Source: Dendrobates tinctorius | Lineage: Eukaryota | DNA: 64,000 bases | Assembly: GCF_039654945.1 (NCBI RefSeq) | Contig: NW_027362008.1 | Span: 4,030,001 to 4,094,000 of the forward strand | Reading direction: 5' to 3' | Shown here: piece by piece, positions 25,478 to 39,563 of the stretch | Layout: every line of letters begins with the position of its first letter | How positions within the stretch are numbered: position 1 is the first letter of the stretch | Made by a program: the position numbers and the translations under genes | Notes under the pieces: generated by a model | Database searches by the model: none | The model's input: the letters and a program-made list of their open reading frames with translations, nothing else | Told to the model about the DNA's origin: nothing

Positions 25478-27771
25478 TAGAATCATAGAATCATAGAATC
25501 ATAGAATCGTAGAGTTGGAAGGGACCTCCTGGGCCATCTGGTCCAACCCCCTGCTCAAAGCAGGATTCGCTAAATCATCCCTGTTAGATGTCTGTCCAGC
25601 CTCTGTTTGAAGACTTCCATTGAAGGAGAACTCCCCACTTCTCGTGGCAGCCTGTTCCACTCATTGATCACTCTAACTGTCAAAAAGTTTTTTCTAATAT
25701 CTAATCTGTGTCTCCTCCCATTCAGCTTCATCCCATTGCTTCTAGTCTTTCCTTGTGCAAATGAGAATAAAGTTGATCCTTCTACAATGTGACAGCCCTT
25801 TAGATATTTGTAGACAGCTATTAAGTCTCCTCTCAGTCTTCTCTTTTGCAAACTAAACATTCCCAAATCCTGCAACCTTTCCTCATAAGACAGGGTTTGC
25901 AGACCGGTCACCATTCTGGTCGCTCTTTTCTGAACTTGCTCCAGTTTGTTGATGTCTTTTTTAAAATGTGGTGCCCAAAATTGGACACAATATTCCAGAT
26001 GAGGTCTGACCAAAGAGGAGTAGAGGGAAATAATTACTTCACGTGATCTAGACTGTATGCTTCTGTTAATACATCCTAGAATTGCATTTGCCTTTTTTGC
26101 TGCTGCATCACACTGTTGACTCATATTCAGTCTGTGATCTATTAGTATACCCAAGTCTTTTTCACATGTGCTGTCACTTAGCCCTATTCCTCCCATTCTA
26201 TATATGCTTTTTTCATTTTTATTGCCCAGATGTAGTACTTTGCATTTCTCCCTGTTAAAAACCATTCTGTTAGTTGCTGCCCACTTCTCCAGTTTATTTA
26301 AATCTTTTTGAATCCTCTCTCTCTCTTCTCTAGTATTAGCTATCCCTCCTAGCTTTGTGTCATCAGCAAATTTAATCAGTTTACCCTCAATTCCTTCATC
26401 TAAATCGTTGATAAAGATGTTGAACAATACAGGGCCCAGGACAGAGCCCTGTGGTACCCCACTTGAGACATTCTTCCAACTGGATGTGCAGCCATTTACG
26501 ACCACTCTTTGGGTCCGATCACTAAGCCAGTTATGAATCCACCTAACAGTTGCCTTGTCCATTCCATACTTAGTCATTTTTTCAATAAGGATTGTATGAG
26601 AGACTTTGTCAAATGCTTTGCTGAAGTCAAGATATACTATATCTACAGCATTTCCTTGATCCACCCAATCAGTGATACCGTCATAGAAGGAAATTAAATT
26701 AGTCTGACATGACTTATTATTTACAAACCCATGCTGACTCTGTTTAATCACTTCATTCTTATCCAAGTATTGACATACATGTTGTTTAATAATTTGTTCA
26801 AAGATCTTTCCTGGTATAGAAGTCAGACTCACCGGCCTATAGTTGCCTGGGTCCACCTTCTTCCCCTTTTTGAAGATAGGAACAACATTTGCTCTTCTCC
26901 AGTCTTCTGGCACTTCTCCTGTTCTCCAAGAATTTTCAAAGATTATGGAGAGGGGTTCAAAAATTTCTTCTGCTATCTCCTTCAGTACTCTGGGGTGTAA
27001 TTCATCTGGACCTGGAGACTTGAATTCATTTAGGTTAGCTAAGTGTTTCCTCACTATCTTTCTGTTTATAGATATCCTGGATTCTTCTATTCCCTTAATA
27101 GGACAGTGAATAACAGTTGATGTTACATTTCCTTTCTGAGAGAAAACAGATGCAAAATAGGAATTTAAAAGTTCAGCCTTCTCAACATCCTGTCTTACCA
27201 TTTCATCATTTTCATCCTGTAAAAATCCTATAGCATCTTTGACTTTTCTTTTACTTTTGACATATCCCCAAAATCCTTTATTATTGCTTTTGACATCTCT
27301 TGCAAGTCTCAATTCATTTTCAGCTTTAGCTAATCTGATTTGTGCCCTGCAGGTTCTGCAGACAGCATTATATTCTTCTTTAGATATGCCTCCCTCTTTC
27401 CATTTTATAAACATTTTTTTCTTCCTTTTTAGCATGTGCTTAAGTTCTGTGTTCATCCATCCTGGTTTCCTTAAATGCTTCCTATTCTTCCCTCTTTTCG
27501 GAATTGTTAACAACTGTGCTTTGAGAATTTCATTTTTCAAGATTTCCCATCCTTCCTGGACATTTTTGTCTTTAAGGATATCCAGCCATTGGATCCCTCC
27601 AATTCTCTTTCTGAATCCCTTAAAATCTGCCTTTCTGAAATCTAACGTTGACGTCTGAGTCTTCACAGGTCTTCCGCCTCTAGTTATCCAAAATTCTAAA
27701 ATAGCATGGTCGCTACCTCCTAGGGTACCAGCCACTTTTACCTCCTCAACCATTTCCTCCCTGTTTATAAG
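25478..27771 (-). mobile_element. CR1-B LINE, 5'-truncated, TSD GATTTTCA
   Basis: ORF 25570-27753. TSD at 25470-25477 and 27772-27779. Confidence 0.95.
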
Positions 27772-29420
27772 GATTTTCAGAGAAGTTATTCTCCATGAAT
27801 TGAGTATCGCTGATTATGTACTGGAATCTCTCCATGCTGATATTTTATCGTCTTTTCAAATCTGAGTGAACAAAGAATTTGTTTTTTCACTTCATCGTTA
27901 AGCTAGGTCATCTCTTTTTTGGATTTTTTTATTCCAAGACATGGCAGTTCTGTGCTCAGAGCTTCATGATCTATTAACGCTGTGAGATGGATTGTTTTAT
28001 ATGTCTAATGTAACGCAACAAGTATAAAAATGTTCTATAGTGAAGGTCAAAACTGGCTCCAGTATGTAACAATAAAAATGAAATAATGTGAAAACTTTTT
28101 TCACTATCTCATAAAGCTAAATTTATAAACCTTTCCAAAAATAAAATGAGATTGGCGTACAAAATCAGCTCATCAAATAAGGAAATTCTCCCATTACACT
28201 AAAAATAAATTTGCAGAAACTGGTACATGACCTGTACCCATAGCGGTGCCATTTACTTGGTGGAAAGGGATGAAATTAAAAATAAAATCATTTGAGTCAA
28301 CTAAACATCCAATAATATTTTAAAACAAACCTGTTTTGTGACTAAAAACAGATCTGCTCATCTCTCGTCGGTACATGGGTGGTAGAGGGTAGCAGTGAAA
28401 CAATAGAAATTTATTTAGATGCATTTACATTGTTACATGATATGAATACAGTTATGTTAGATGTCTTGTGACTACAGGTAAATGTTCTTTACCCAATTTA
28501 ATAAAAAAATCTACTTACATCCAAATCTTCATTTCACTTGACCAAATAGTGAGATGTTGATGTAATTATCCTTTACAGAAACCTCTTGATTATGTCTTCT
28601 GCTGACATACTCACACTTTTTAAAGAAATGTTTTTATTCAATATTGGCTCGTTCACCCGTCTTAATCTAAAGTCACTGGATGCTTCTATAATTAAATGTA
28701 AATAAAAAAAAAGAAGGGGTTACCAGATATGAAGATGCTATGCTACTGTGAAGGTAACGTGGCAAATGCATTTCCAGTAGATGTAAAAACAGTAAATTTC
28801 TGAAGATCATAAAAAAATAGACATCAATCAGCTATAAAAAGCTAACACATGTATTACATTCTTCAATATGTTGTACACTTGGACGGGATGGCCATGGGGG
28901 TGGCATTCACGCCAAATAAGTATCAACACAATATCTCAGTGCAATTTTGCACATCTTTAATATTGTATAAAATATAGAAAGCCACTTCTACTAGATGTCT
29001 AATAGCATGTAAATGAAGACTGTTATAGCTCCCATTTACATGAATTACACACGTATATACAAGATGTATGAAGCATGGAACACCTTACTATATTAATAAA
29101 TAATACAATTGAGCAATTTGAAGCAAACACTGCACTCAGCAGCTATTAATCAGGTAATCATAGCAGTGGCCCTAACAATTTCAATACCATGGTCATTGCA
29201 TATTTTAGAAATTTTGTCTCTTGACTTCATGAAACTATCATGAAATAATACAATGAATAACATTTCTCTCTTTAGTTTACCTAATTATCAGCACAATGGT
29301 GAATAGTATCACAGGGCACCACAGGAAATTTCTATCCCTTTGTGTTGTCCCAAACCAGCATTCTCCCTGGAGAGATTTATAAATGTCAGTTTATATGTAA
29401 ATGGAGACAGTAAGTCTTGG

Positions 29421-29639
29421 CCAATGACAATATCCCACTAATTAACAACCCCCTGCTCTTCCCAGATATAAACTGTTTCCTCCTCTCAGTGACATCTACT
29501 TCACTCCAGGTATTATTTGTGGTCAGAACTGGCCTCTGAGGAGCATCAAGCTGTAGACTTGTTGGTGTACAGGAGGAGTTCAGCACCGACTATCATCTCT
29601 TTCAGTAGCAGTAGACATCTTCAATCTCCATCTACAAAG
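29421..29639 (+). promoter_or_regulatory. Putative kinase promoter and non-coding exon 1, copy 2
   Basis: Copy of 13257-13475. Confidence 0.58.
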
Positions 29640-29860
29640 GTGAATATATGATAAGTATAGCACAGCATATAGTAGATGGTATTACTGCAGATCCCTGGGG
29701 AATTATGCAATGCTGGAACATTATTACAGTGACTGCACACTATTATACAATTGTGCATTTCTAGTCGCAGTTTACACGAGGTGATTACAGTATGTTATTA
29801 TGGGTCTCAAAGATGTTTCATGCTTTATTCAATGCCATATCTCATTTCATTTTATTCAGA

Positions 29861-31510
29861 ATGGCCACCAACATCAAGGAAGCAAGCAAGAACACGGCAA
29901 AACACCTTCTTCATCTGATATCAGAAACTTCCAAGAACCTGAAGATGATGGAAGTGACTGACCACTTTGAACTTTTGCTAGAACTTGGGACTGGATCTTT
30001 TGGAAATGTACACATGGGAAAACACAAACATTCAGGTGAGATGATGATGATGGATGATGACTATGAAGATGACTGAGCCATCAGGGTGGTTTTAGATGAA
30101 TGTGAAAGATGAAATTGAAATCTGCTTGTACCCTGACAAACTGTACTTGTTAACAATCATTAAGTATGACCCTAGTTGTATCCTATCTACAACGTGTCAT
30201 TAGTATTCTGCACCACTACCCTCTAGTCTTATGAATGCTCCTGTGTAAAGTGATTGATCAGGTTGTTTATATGGTTTTAAAAGTGTTATGGAATATGATG
30301 AGGATGAACATTAACAATTATAATGTTTATTCAACAGGACAGACCGTGGCAATTAAAATGATGGCAAAGTAGAAGACTCCAGAAGACAATTTCTTTCTGG
30401 AATATTGCATTTCACAAACCCTCAGCATTCATCGGAACATCATATTTACTCACGACATCTTCTTCCATACCAGTAGGGATTTTGTGTTTGTTCAGGAAGT
30501 GGCACCGGCCGGAAATCTCCAGTCCATCCTTGTACCTAAAGTAAGATCTTAAGCTGTTCTCCACTTTTACATATTCAAGCATTATTCATACTGCTGAAGA
30601 AAAAAATTAGTGGTCTTTATTGTAGATCTGACATCTAACATTACCCTATTTCCTCAGATTTAATAAACTCATATTTCTGTAAGTAGCAGTATGGGACCCC
30701 CATAATTAGGCAGGTTTAGGTTGTATGAGTATGTGTGAGCTAGTAAAATCCTCTATGTGAGAGATATTTAATTTTTAGTGGAAATCTCACATTATAGAGG
30801 ATATCTGATTAATAGCAGAGTAGAACTGATGTCTGCAGGAATTATATCTACTAGTAGAAGATATCTATAAGTCTTCTGTTCTTTTATATCAGATATGTTT
30901 TCCCTTCTGCTGTTCAGCTGTGTAATCTTCTGTGTTGTCTTTTTCTTAGGTCGGCATGCAGGAGGACATGTTGAAGCGTTGTGTTCCTCAGATCGCCAGT
31001 GCTCTGGACTTTATGCATAACAGAGGAATGGTTCATCGGGATATCAAGCCGAATAATATTCTTCTGATGGATGCAGAATGTCACTGGATAAAGCTGGCAG
31101 ACTTTGGACTCACCAGGCTCCAGGGCACATTTGTTCCTTTTGTGCCCTGGTATAAACCCTACACTGCTCCAGAGCTCTGCTGCCTTAGACCAGGAGAACA
31201 GTTGTTGCTACATCCTAGTCTTGATGTCTGGGCTTTTGGTGTAGTCATTTATTATGCTCTTTCTGGACTCTTTCCTTGGCATGGGGCAAAACGCGGTGAT
31301 CGAGATTATAAAGAGTTTGCCTGGTGGCAGGTTGGAAGGGATCTGTCAAAAGCTCCAAAAAAGTGGAAGAAAATTTCAGTGGAGGCCAGAGTAATGTTCT
31401 GGGAACTGCTTCAAATAAATGCCTCTAAGAGAGGCTCGGCCATTGACATTCTAAAATTTATGCACTTGCCATGGAAAGCCGAGGAATGTTCAGAGACCGA
31501 AGCAACCTGA
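29861..31510 (+). pseudogene. SBK1-like kinase copy 2 with premature stop (K70*)
   Basis: Exons 29861-30035, 30338-30540 and 30950-31510. AAG>TAG at 30370-30372 (atg gca aag TAG) truncates the protein just after VAIK. Confidence 0.88.
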
Positions 31511-31601
31511 TATGTTGAATCTATGACAAACTGCAATATGATATTTGTTTTTTTAATCAATAATGTCTACAAAGCAGACTGTGAACTATTGTAAATAGCT
31601 C

Positions 31602-31615
31602 AATAAATGAATAAA
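31602..31615 (+). terminator. Tandem AATAAA signals, kinase copy 2
   Basis: Same as copy 1. Confidence 0.62.
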
Positions 31616-32631
31616 ACAGGCTTGAATCTTACTAAAGTTTGTCTCGAGAAAAACAGAAAAAAATATAGAAGTTACGGGTATACGAACATGGGACACTCCC
31701 AAAACATTTTTTAAGTCAGTTTTTTTCATAAAAGTAACAAAACATAAAAAGTGATATAGAAAAGGAATTGTCATGGTATTGCTATTCACATTCTACATAT
31801 TTCACATTGACATGCTTTAGCACTACAGAGTGCATCTTTTTTGTTTATTGAAAATGAAGGTAACTGCAGCTAGTTGGCTCCTGTTCACATTAGCTTGGAA
31901 GTGCCAGTCTTTTTGTCACTAAAAAAATAATACTGGTACTTTATTCCCAAATTTGATAAATATGCTGAGCCTCCATCTTGCTATTTGCACTGGATATTAT
32001 GCCCATTGGTTAAGAAAACTCCCTTGGTTATACAGGACTCAAGATTTTTTACAAATACAGGATGATTTTGATTGACAAGAATTATTGCAGCTGGTGACAA
32101 TCCTTGTGCTTTTGCTTTGCACACAATTCCTTTCAATTTGCAGGACCCTGGTATAACCAGGCAGCTGATACAGCAATGGATTCACCAGTTGCCGTGACTT
32201 GTATACTGTATATATTTTTTGGAGAAAGATACTTAATTTGAACAATCCATTTCTATTACATATCAAATTATTCTTACAATTTAAAGACAATATTCTTATA
32301 GTAAGAAGAGATGTGTCTTTTACTTTTTGGAAAGCATGCAGTAAAAAATAAAATCATTATGAGTCAGCACAAATTCTAATAATTTGAAAACAAAACTCTT
32401 GAGTGACTGAATATGATTGCCCTTTGTGCTCAAAAATATTTTACTGCCTGAGTTCCCAATTCATAACAGATTCTGGTATAAAATGTCTCAATGTAAAGTC
32501 TCACTATTATTCTTGTGGGTGGCCAGGACTTCCAGCATCACCAGACCTCTGACTTCACTGTGCCTTTGTTGGGAAAAAACTTGGCACTCATAGTAAAATC
32601 AGAGGATTTTATATTTGAATTTATTTAACAT

Positions 32632-33655
32632 TGTCGGAGAAGAGATTTCTATTTCTACTTGGGTAGTTTCTGTCTTATGGGTACCTATGCAATGAAGCAT
32701 AATGAGAGAGACAGACTGCTCGCTGTGTTTCCAAATCGTCTCTAAGGTTTATTGACAGTGTGAACTTTTATAGAACAAGATCAAAAAGAAATGAAGAATA
32801 CATAAGAATTGGCAAAATAGAAAGGGAGGTTACACAATCGTTGACATAAAAAGATAGGTTATACAATGAGTTGTCAACCACATCCTCGGACACAAGATAA
32901 AATTAAATGAAAAATGACAGGAATACAGGGGTGCTTTCCAAAAGTCAATGTGCTCTAAGTTAATAGTCATGAGTTCATATTCAAAAGATATTTTTCTAAA
33001 AAGATGTTAGAACATTTCACCTCAAAAGGGAAGAGAATGCATGTCCTTCAGATTTTCTGGGAATTGTAGGAACTGACCATTAGCCATAGGACTGTGACCA
33101 CATAGACAGATGATAACTGGATGTCACGACTAGTGACGAGTTCGCTGCCGAGCCAACACCTCCACGTCGACGACCACGACGATGTGGGGTGAGCGTCCCA
33201 AGTGGGGATGGAATGTGGACCCACTGGACCACAGGGGGGACCCAGGCCTACCCAGACTAGGGAAGAGTAGCGACCGGGGTCTGTGGCAGCTGAGCATGTG
33301 GACGAGGAGGCAGAATGACATGACACCGCACACTTCAGGTATAGACATAAAGTTTACTTGAACAAGACATGGTACATAAACGAAACAGTTATGCAAGGCT
33401 CCCGGTTCCGCACATCAGGGAAGGGTACATGTCTCAGGATAACAGAAGAAAGGCAGGAGGTCATTACGGGTTGAGCAGTCCAGGGTTGTCTGGCATGGGT
33501 ATACTAGGGCGGCCTCTTCCTCAGTCCTCAGGGGTAGCAAAGGGTCACCAGGAGAATATCAGACACCGACCACAAACAGACTTCAGAAAATGGCAGGCAT
33601 TGTCTGACATTTCAATCACATCCATACACGCAGTACTTCTGTATTCTCCCGCTAC
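32632..33655 (-). mobile_element. Putative solo LTR copy
   Basis: Copy of 16468-17491. Confidence 0.5.
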
Positions 33656-33993
33656 CCGTATTTTATCAAAAAAGCTCTAATGCCAATGGACAAAAACATA
33701 AATCTTATCTATTTATAGAAACTCTTGGTTGGTTCACTATATCCTCTAATTAGTGTCCTATCTGAGTACCCGGTTGCATACAAAAAAATTGAGCAATTAT
33801 ATTCACATATTGTCTTCACGTGATTTTCCCACTTCATTACAAACTCCCACCCGGTTCCTTCCATTAGGTTTTTCCAAGGAGCAACTAACCAGAGAGTTTT
33901 ATCTTAATCGCTGGTTTGAGCAACAAAAAGGCTGTTTATACACTGAGCACACATCATTTAGTCTCCATACATCAACAGAGCTGCTTTACAGTA

Positions 33994-34473
33994 GTACGAA
34001 ATGAATATGTTGAAGTGTATTTTCCTGGGCCCAACCAGTATGTGGGTACCAAGGTGTAATGGGGTGCATAGGACTATGCAGCAGGGCAGACATTGCTGTC
34101 ACTCTGTAAACAAAAGAGTTGGGGAGTACCATATGAATATGGTGAAGTGTATTTTTTTCCTGGGCCCATCCAGTATGTGGGTTCCAAGTGTTTAATGGGG
34201 TGCATATGACTATGGTATGAATCTCGGAAAAAAATATTTAAAGCTGTGAACTAGGAGTCAGGAATGCTTCCAGGGGCGATCCCCATGAATTCCCCATTTC
34301 ATTTTCAGATGTTTCTAGACCTTAAAATGACCCCCTTGGGGGATCACAGCAAAAATACTCGGGTTTCCCATAGACTTATATTGGGCTCGTTGTTCTGTCC
34401 GAGTACCCAAGTATTACAATTTGCTCGACCCGAACAACGAGTGCCCAAGCATTTTAGTGCTCGCTCATCACTA
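33994..34473. mobile_element. hAT-like end, copy 2 (20-bp deletion)
   Basis: Copy of 17830-18329. Confidence 0.5.
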
Positions 34474-34489
34474 ATCCCAGTACTTAAAA

Positions 34490-34903
34490 AGCGATACTCA
34501 ATTCATGGAGAATAACTTCTCTGAAATTCAAATTAATTGGGAAAATCCAAACGGTTAAGCGATTTTGAATTTTGCTGATCTGACCCATGTTATAAAACAA
34601 TCTTATCATATATTGTGCACGATGAATGCCGCATGAAGGGAAAAGTGAAAAACTGCTAAACTTGCTATTCTTGTTCATCTTACCTCACTAAAAAATTGAA
34701 TTAAAAAAATCATGTATCCCAACGCTGTACCAAAACAACTAGTTTTGTACCCAAAAACATGTCCTCATGCAGATCTGCATTCAGAAAAATAAAAAGCAAT
34801 GACTCTCAATATGACAGCTATAAAAAACATATTGTGATTTTCTTGGGTATGAACATAATCATGTCAGCACACAGAATAAAGTGAACAAGTCAATTATACT
34901 GCT
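34490..34903 (-). repeat. Right arm of the inverted repeat, unit 2
   Basis: Same sequence as 48335-48748. Confidence 0.9.
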
Positions 34904-36069
34904 TACGTTTGAAAATCCACCAGGCTTCCCTATTTTGTAATGTAACCTCCGTATCACCCCCTCTGATGGGTGTGTGTATTTTTTCAATTGCATACACCAG
35001 AAGTGTTTTCAGGTCATCTTTATGACATTCAATAAAATGTTTTGACACCTGAGATGTGTTCCTTTCCATGTTAATATTCTCTGTGTCATAGATGTGTTCC
35101 CCAATTCTTTTCTTCAGCTTGCGTTTTGTGCTTCCAACATGTTTTAGATGGCAGAAGGTGCACTCCATAATATATACCAAGGTTTTAGTGCTACAATTGA
35201 TAAAGGTTTTAGTAGCAAAATTCTTGCTTTCACTAGAATCTCCAAAGCTAGAGCTCTCTTTAGTGTATTTACAGGACTTAGCGCCACACTTATAAAAACC
35301 CTTGGTTTTCTGCCAATTTGTGGATTGAATTTGAGACATATTCAAAAAACTTGGCAAAAGGCTCTGACCTAAAGATGGTGCTCTCCTAGAGTCTATTCTA
35401 AATCCTTTCCCTATAATACTATCTATATCTGGATCCTCTTTTAATACAGATAAATTATTTTGAATAATTCGTTCAATAGAGGCAAACTGGTTACTACACT
35501 GCGAGACCAATGTTACAGGAGTGACTGAATGTTCATGTGTGTTACACTGAGGTTTGAATCGCGGTTTTTGAGCCACAATGTTTTCAGCTTTGCTTAAACT
35601 CCATTGGGTATAACCCCTTTGGGTCAATCACTGCTTAATGTTAGAAACTTCCTGTTGATAATCTGTATTTGTGCTACAATTGCATTTAGCTCTCGTCATC
35701 TCCCCAACAGGTATACTTTTAATTGTATGTTTAGGATGATGGCTTTTTCCATGGAGTATAGCATTGCCTGCTGTATTCTTTCTAAATTTTTGTGTTACTA
35801 CATGTTTACCTGAAATTCCTTGTAAAATCAAATAAAAAAAATCAATGCATGAAATTTTATGGCGGACCACAAATTTTAAATTCAAGGGATTGCAATTAAT
35901 ATAAAAATTAAAATCCTGTATGGCAGATACATCAGAATTCCAGATGATAATGATATCATCTATGTATCTGCCTTACCAATAGACACAATCTTTAAATGGA
36001 TTATTTACAGTATAAATATACAGCTCTTCCAACCAGCTCATTACCAAGTGAAATTAGCAAGTGAAGTTG
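34904..36069 (-). mobile_element. Decayed Penelope-like RT/GIY-YIG fragment, copy 2
   Basis: Copy of 18760-19925 (ORFs 34890-35627 and 35628-35885). Confidence 0.87.
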
Positions 36070-36526
36070 TCAAGCGATCCACTATATGACCAAGATGAAA
36101 ATCTTTCTTTGCAATTGCGGCTTGTTCCCAGTCAACTTACGTGCATCGTTATATTTTCCTTTTGGTTATGTGTGTTTTTCCATGCGTTATTCATCCTGTT
36201 TTGAATGTGAATGTTTTTTCTTTGTCATCTAGGAATATTTAACACCATCCACTATATGATTAAGATATAAAGTATTTTTCGCAATTGCGGCTTGTTCCTC
36301 GCTAGTTTATGTGGATTGTTATGCAGGAGCATATTGCTATCTGTGTTTTTTTATGCGATGTAGATCCGGTTTTGAATCAAATTGTTTTCATTTTTGCTTT
36401 CACCTAGGTACTTTTACCCTCCTCTGCTGAAATTGTGTTTTTAGATCTGTGTCTCTTACTATTACTCTATGACACTCAGTGTATGATAGAGAGAAATGTA
36501 TTTTTCTTCTTTCTATGATTGTTATT

Positions 36527-39520
36527 GAATCATAGAATCATAGAATCGTAGAGTTGGAAGGGACCTCCTGGGCCATCTGGTCCAACCCCCTGCTCAAAGC
36601 AGGATTCGCTAAATCATCCCAGTCAGATGTCTGTCCAGCCTCTGTTTGAAGACTTCCATTGAAGGAGAACTCACCACTTCTCGTGGCAGCCTGTTCCACT
36701 CATTGATCACTCTAACTGTCAAAAAGTTTTTTCTAATATCTAATCTGTGTCTCTTCCCATTCAGTTTCATCCCATTGCTTCTAGTCTTTCCTTGTGCAAA
36801 TGAGAATAAAGTTGATCCTTCTACAATGTGACAGCCCTTTAGATATTTGTAGACAGCTATTAAGTCTCCTCTCAGTCTTCTCTTTTGCAAACTAAACATT
36901 CCCAAATCCTGCAACCTTTCCTCATAAGACAGGGTTTGCAGACCGGTCACCATTCTGGTCGCTCTTTTCTGAACTTGCTCCAGTTTGTTGATGTCTTTTT
37001 TAAAATGTGGTGCCCAAAACTGGACACAATATTCCAGATGAGGTCTGACCAAAGAGGAGTAGAGGGAAATAATGACTTCACGTGATCTAGACTGTATGCT
37101 TCTGTTAATACATCCTAGAATTGCATTTGCCTTTTTTGCTGCTGCATCACACTGTTGACTCATTTTCAGTCTGTGATCTATTAGTATACCCAAGTCTTTT
37201 TCACATGTGCTGTCACTTAGCCCTATTCCTCCCATTCTATATATGCTTTTTTCATTTTTATTGCCCAGATGTAGTACTTTGCATTTCTCCCTGTTAAAAA
37301 CCATTCTGTTAGTTGCTGCCCACTTCTCCAGTTTATTTAAATCTTTTTGAATCCTCTCTCTCTCTTCTCTAGTATTAGCTATCCCTCCTAGCTTTGTGTC
37401 ATCAGCAAATTTAATCAGTTTACCCTCAATTCCTTCATCTAAATCGTTGATAAAGATGTTGAACAATACAGGGCCCAGGACAGAGCCCTGTGGTACCCCA
37501 CATGAGACATTCTTCCAACTGGATGTGCAGCCATTTACGACCACTCTTTGGGTCCGATCACTAAGCCAGTTATGAATCCACCTATCAGTTGCCTTGTCCA
37601 TTCCATACTTAGTCATTTTTTCAATAAGGATTGTATGAGAGACTTTGTCAAATGCTTTGCTGAAGTCAAGATATACTATATCTACAGCATTTCCTTGATC
37701 CACCCAATCAGTGATATCATCATAGAAGGAAATTAAGTTAGTCTGACATGACTTATTAGTTAGAAACCCATGCTGACTCTGTTTAATCACTTCATTCTTA
37801 TCCAGGTATTGACATACAAGTTGTTTAATAATTTGTTCAAAGATCTTTCCTGGTATAGAAGTCAGACTCACCGGCCTATAGTTGCCTGGGTCCACCTTCT
37901 TCCCCTTTTTGAAGATAGGAACAACATTTGCTCTTCTCCAGTCTTCTGGCACTTCTCCTGTTCTCCAAGAATTTTCAAAGATTATGGAGAGGGGTTCAAA
38001 AATTTCTTCTGCTATCTCCTTCAGTACTCTGGGGTGTAATTCATCTGGACCTGGAGACTTGAATTCATTTAGGTTAGCTAAGTGTTTCCTCACTATCTTT
38101 CTGTTTATAGATATCCTGGATTCTTCTATTCCCTTAATAGGACAGTGAATAACAGTTGATGTTGCATTTCCTTTCTGAGAGAAAACAGATGCAAAATAGG
38201 AATTTAAAAGTTCAGCCTTCTCAACATCCTGTCTTACCATTTCATCATTTTCATCCTGTAAAAATCCTATAGCATCTTTGACTTTTCTTTTACTTTTGAC
38301 ATATCCCCAAAATCCTTTATTATTGCTTTTGACATCTCTTGCAAGCCTCAGTTCATTTTCAGCTTTAGCTAATCTGATTTGTGCCCTGCAGGTTCTGCAG
38401 ACAGCATTATATTCTTCTTTAGATATGCCTCCCTCTTTCCATTTTATAAACATTTTTTTCTTCCTTTTTAGCATGTGCTTAAGTTCTGTGTTCATCCATC
38501 CTGGTTTCCTTAAATGCTTCCTATTCTTCCCTCTTTTCGGAATTGTTAACAACTGTGCTTTGAGAATTTCATTTTTCAAGATTTCCCATCCTTCCTGGAC
38601 ATTTTTGTCTTTAAGGATATCCAGCCATTGGATCCCTCCAATTCTCTTTCTGAATCCCTTAAAATCTGCCTTTCTGAAATCTAACCTTGACGTCTGAGTC
38701 TCACAGGTCTTCCACCTCTAGTAATCCAAAATTCTAAAATAGCATGGTCGCTACCTCCTAGGGTCCCAGCCACTTTTACCTCCTCAACCATTTCCTCCCT
38801 GTTTATAAGGATTAGATCCAAGGTAGCAGTTCCCCTTGTTTTCTCCCTTACCTTTTGGAAGATAAAGTTGTCAGCAAGAGAGGATAAGAATTTCCTTGAC
38901 CTGTTAGTTTTGCCTGAGAGAGATTCCCAACAAATGTCTGGATAGTTGAAATCTCCCATGACAACTATGTCATATTTTTTGGAGAACTTGGCCATCTGAT
39001 GCATAAAGAGTTCATCTATATCTTCGGCTTGCACAGGCGGCCTGTAGTAAATGCCTACAATGGTGTCCTTTCCATTGTTCTGTCCTTGTATTCTTACCCA
39101 AACAGTTTCCACAGAACTCCCAGTCTCTGAAGCTTCAATCTCTGTGCAGATATACGCGTTTCGAACATACAATGCGACACCCCCTCCTGGTTTATCAAGT
39201 CTGTTTCTTGCAAATAAGTTGTATCCTTCTAGTCTTGTATTCCAATCATGTGTATTGTCCCACCAAGTTTCAGTGATTCCAATTACATCATATTTCTGTT
39301 CCTGTGTTAGTAGTTCCAATTCTCCTTGTTTGTTGCCCATGCTTTGTGCATTAGTATAGAAACATTTTAGTTTGTGATTGGTTTCTCTTTCTCCAATATT
39401 TTTATTAATTAGATTCTTTCGTCTTTGTTCTTCCTTTCCACTTCTAATAGAAGAGTTCTCAATAGCATTTGTCAGGTGTATGGCTTTTTCTGGTCTTTTG
39501 CTTCCCTTCCCATGTTGTTC
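36527..39520 (-). mobile_element. CR1-A LINE (divergent allele), frameshift near 38700
   Basis: ORFs 38681-39616 and 36609-38579. The A-run is intact but there is a 1-bp deletion (gagtc-tcacagg). Tail x2. Confidence 0.94.
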
Positions 39521-39563
39521 TTGAGAAATTGAGAATAATATAATAGAAAAAATGTCTTTGTAA

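Larger units (their letters stand above)
20383..36526. repeat. Tandem segmental-duplication unit 2 (16,144 bp)
   Basis: Near-identical to unit 1. Has a private 20-bp deletion near 34300 and a nonsense change in the kinase. Confidence 0.95.
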
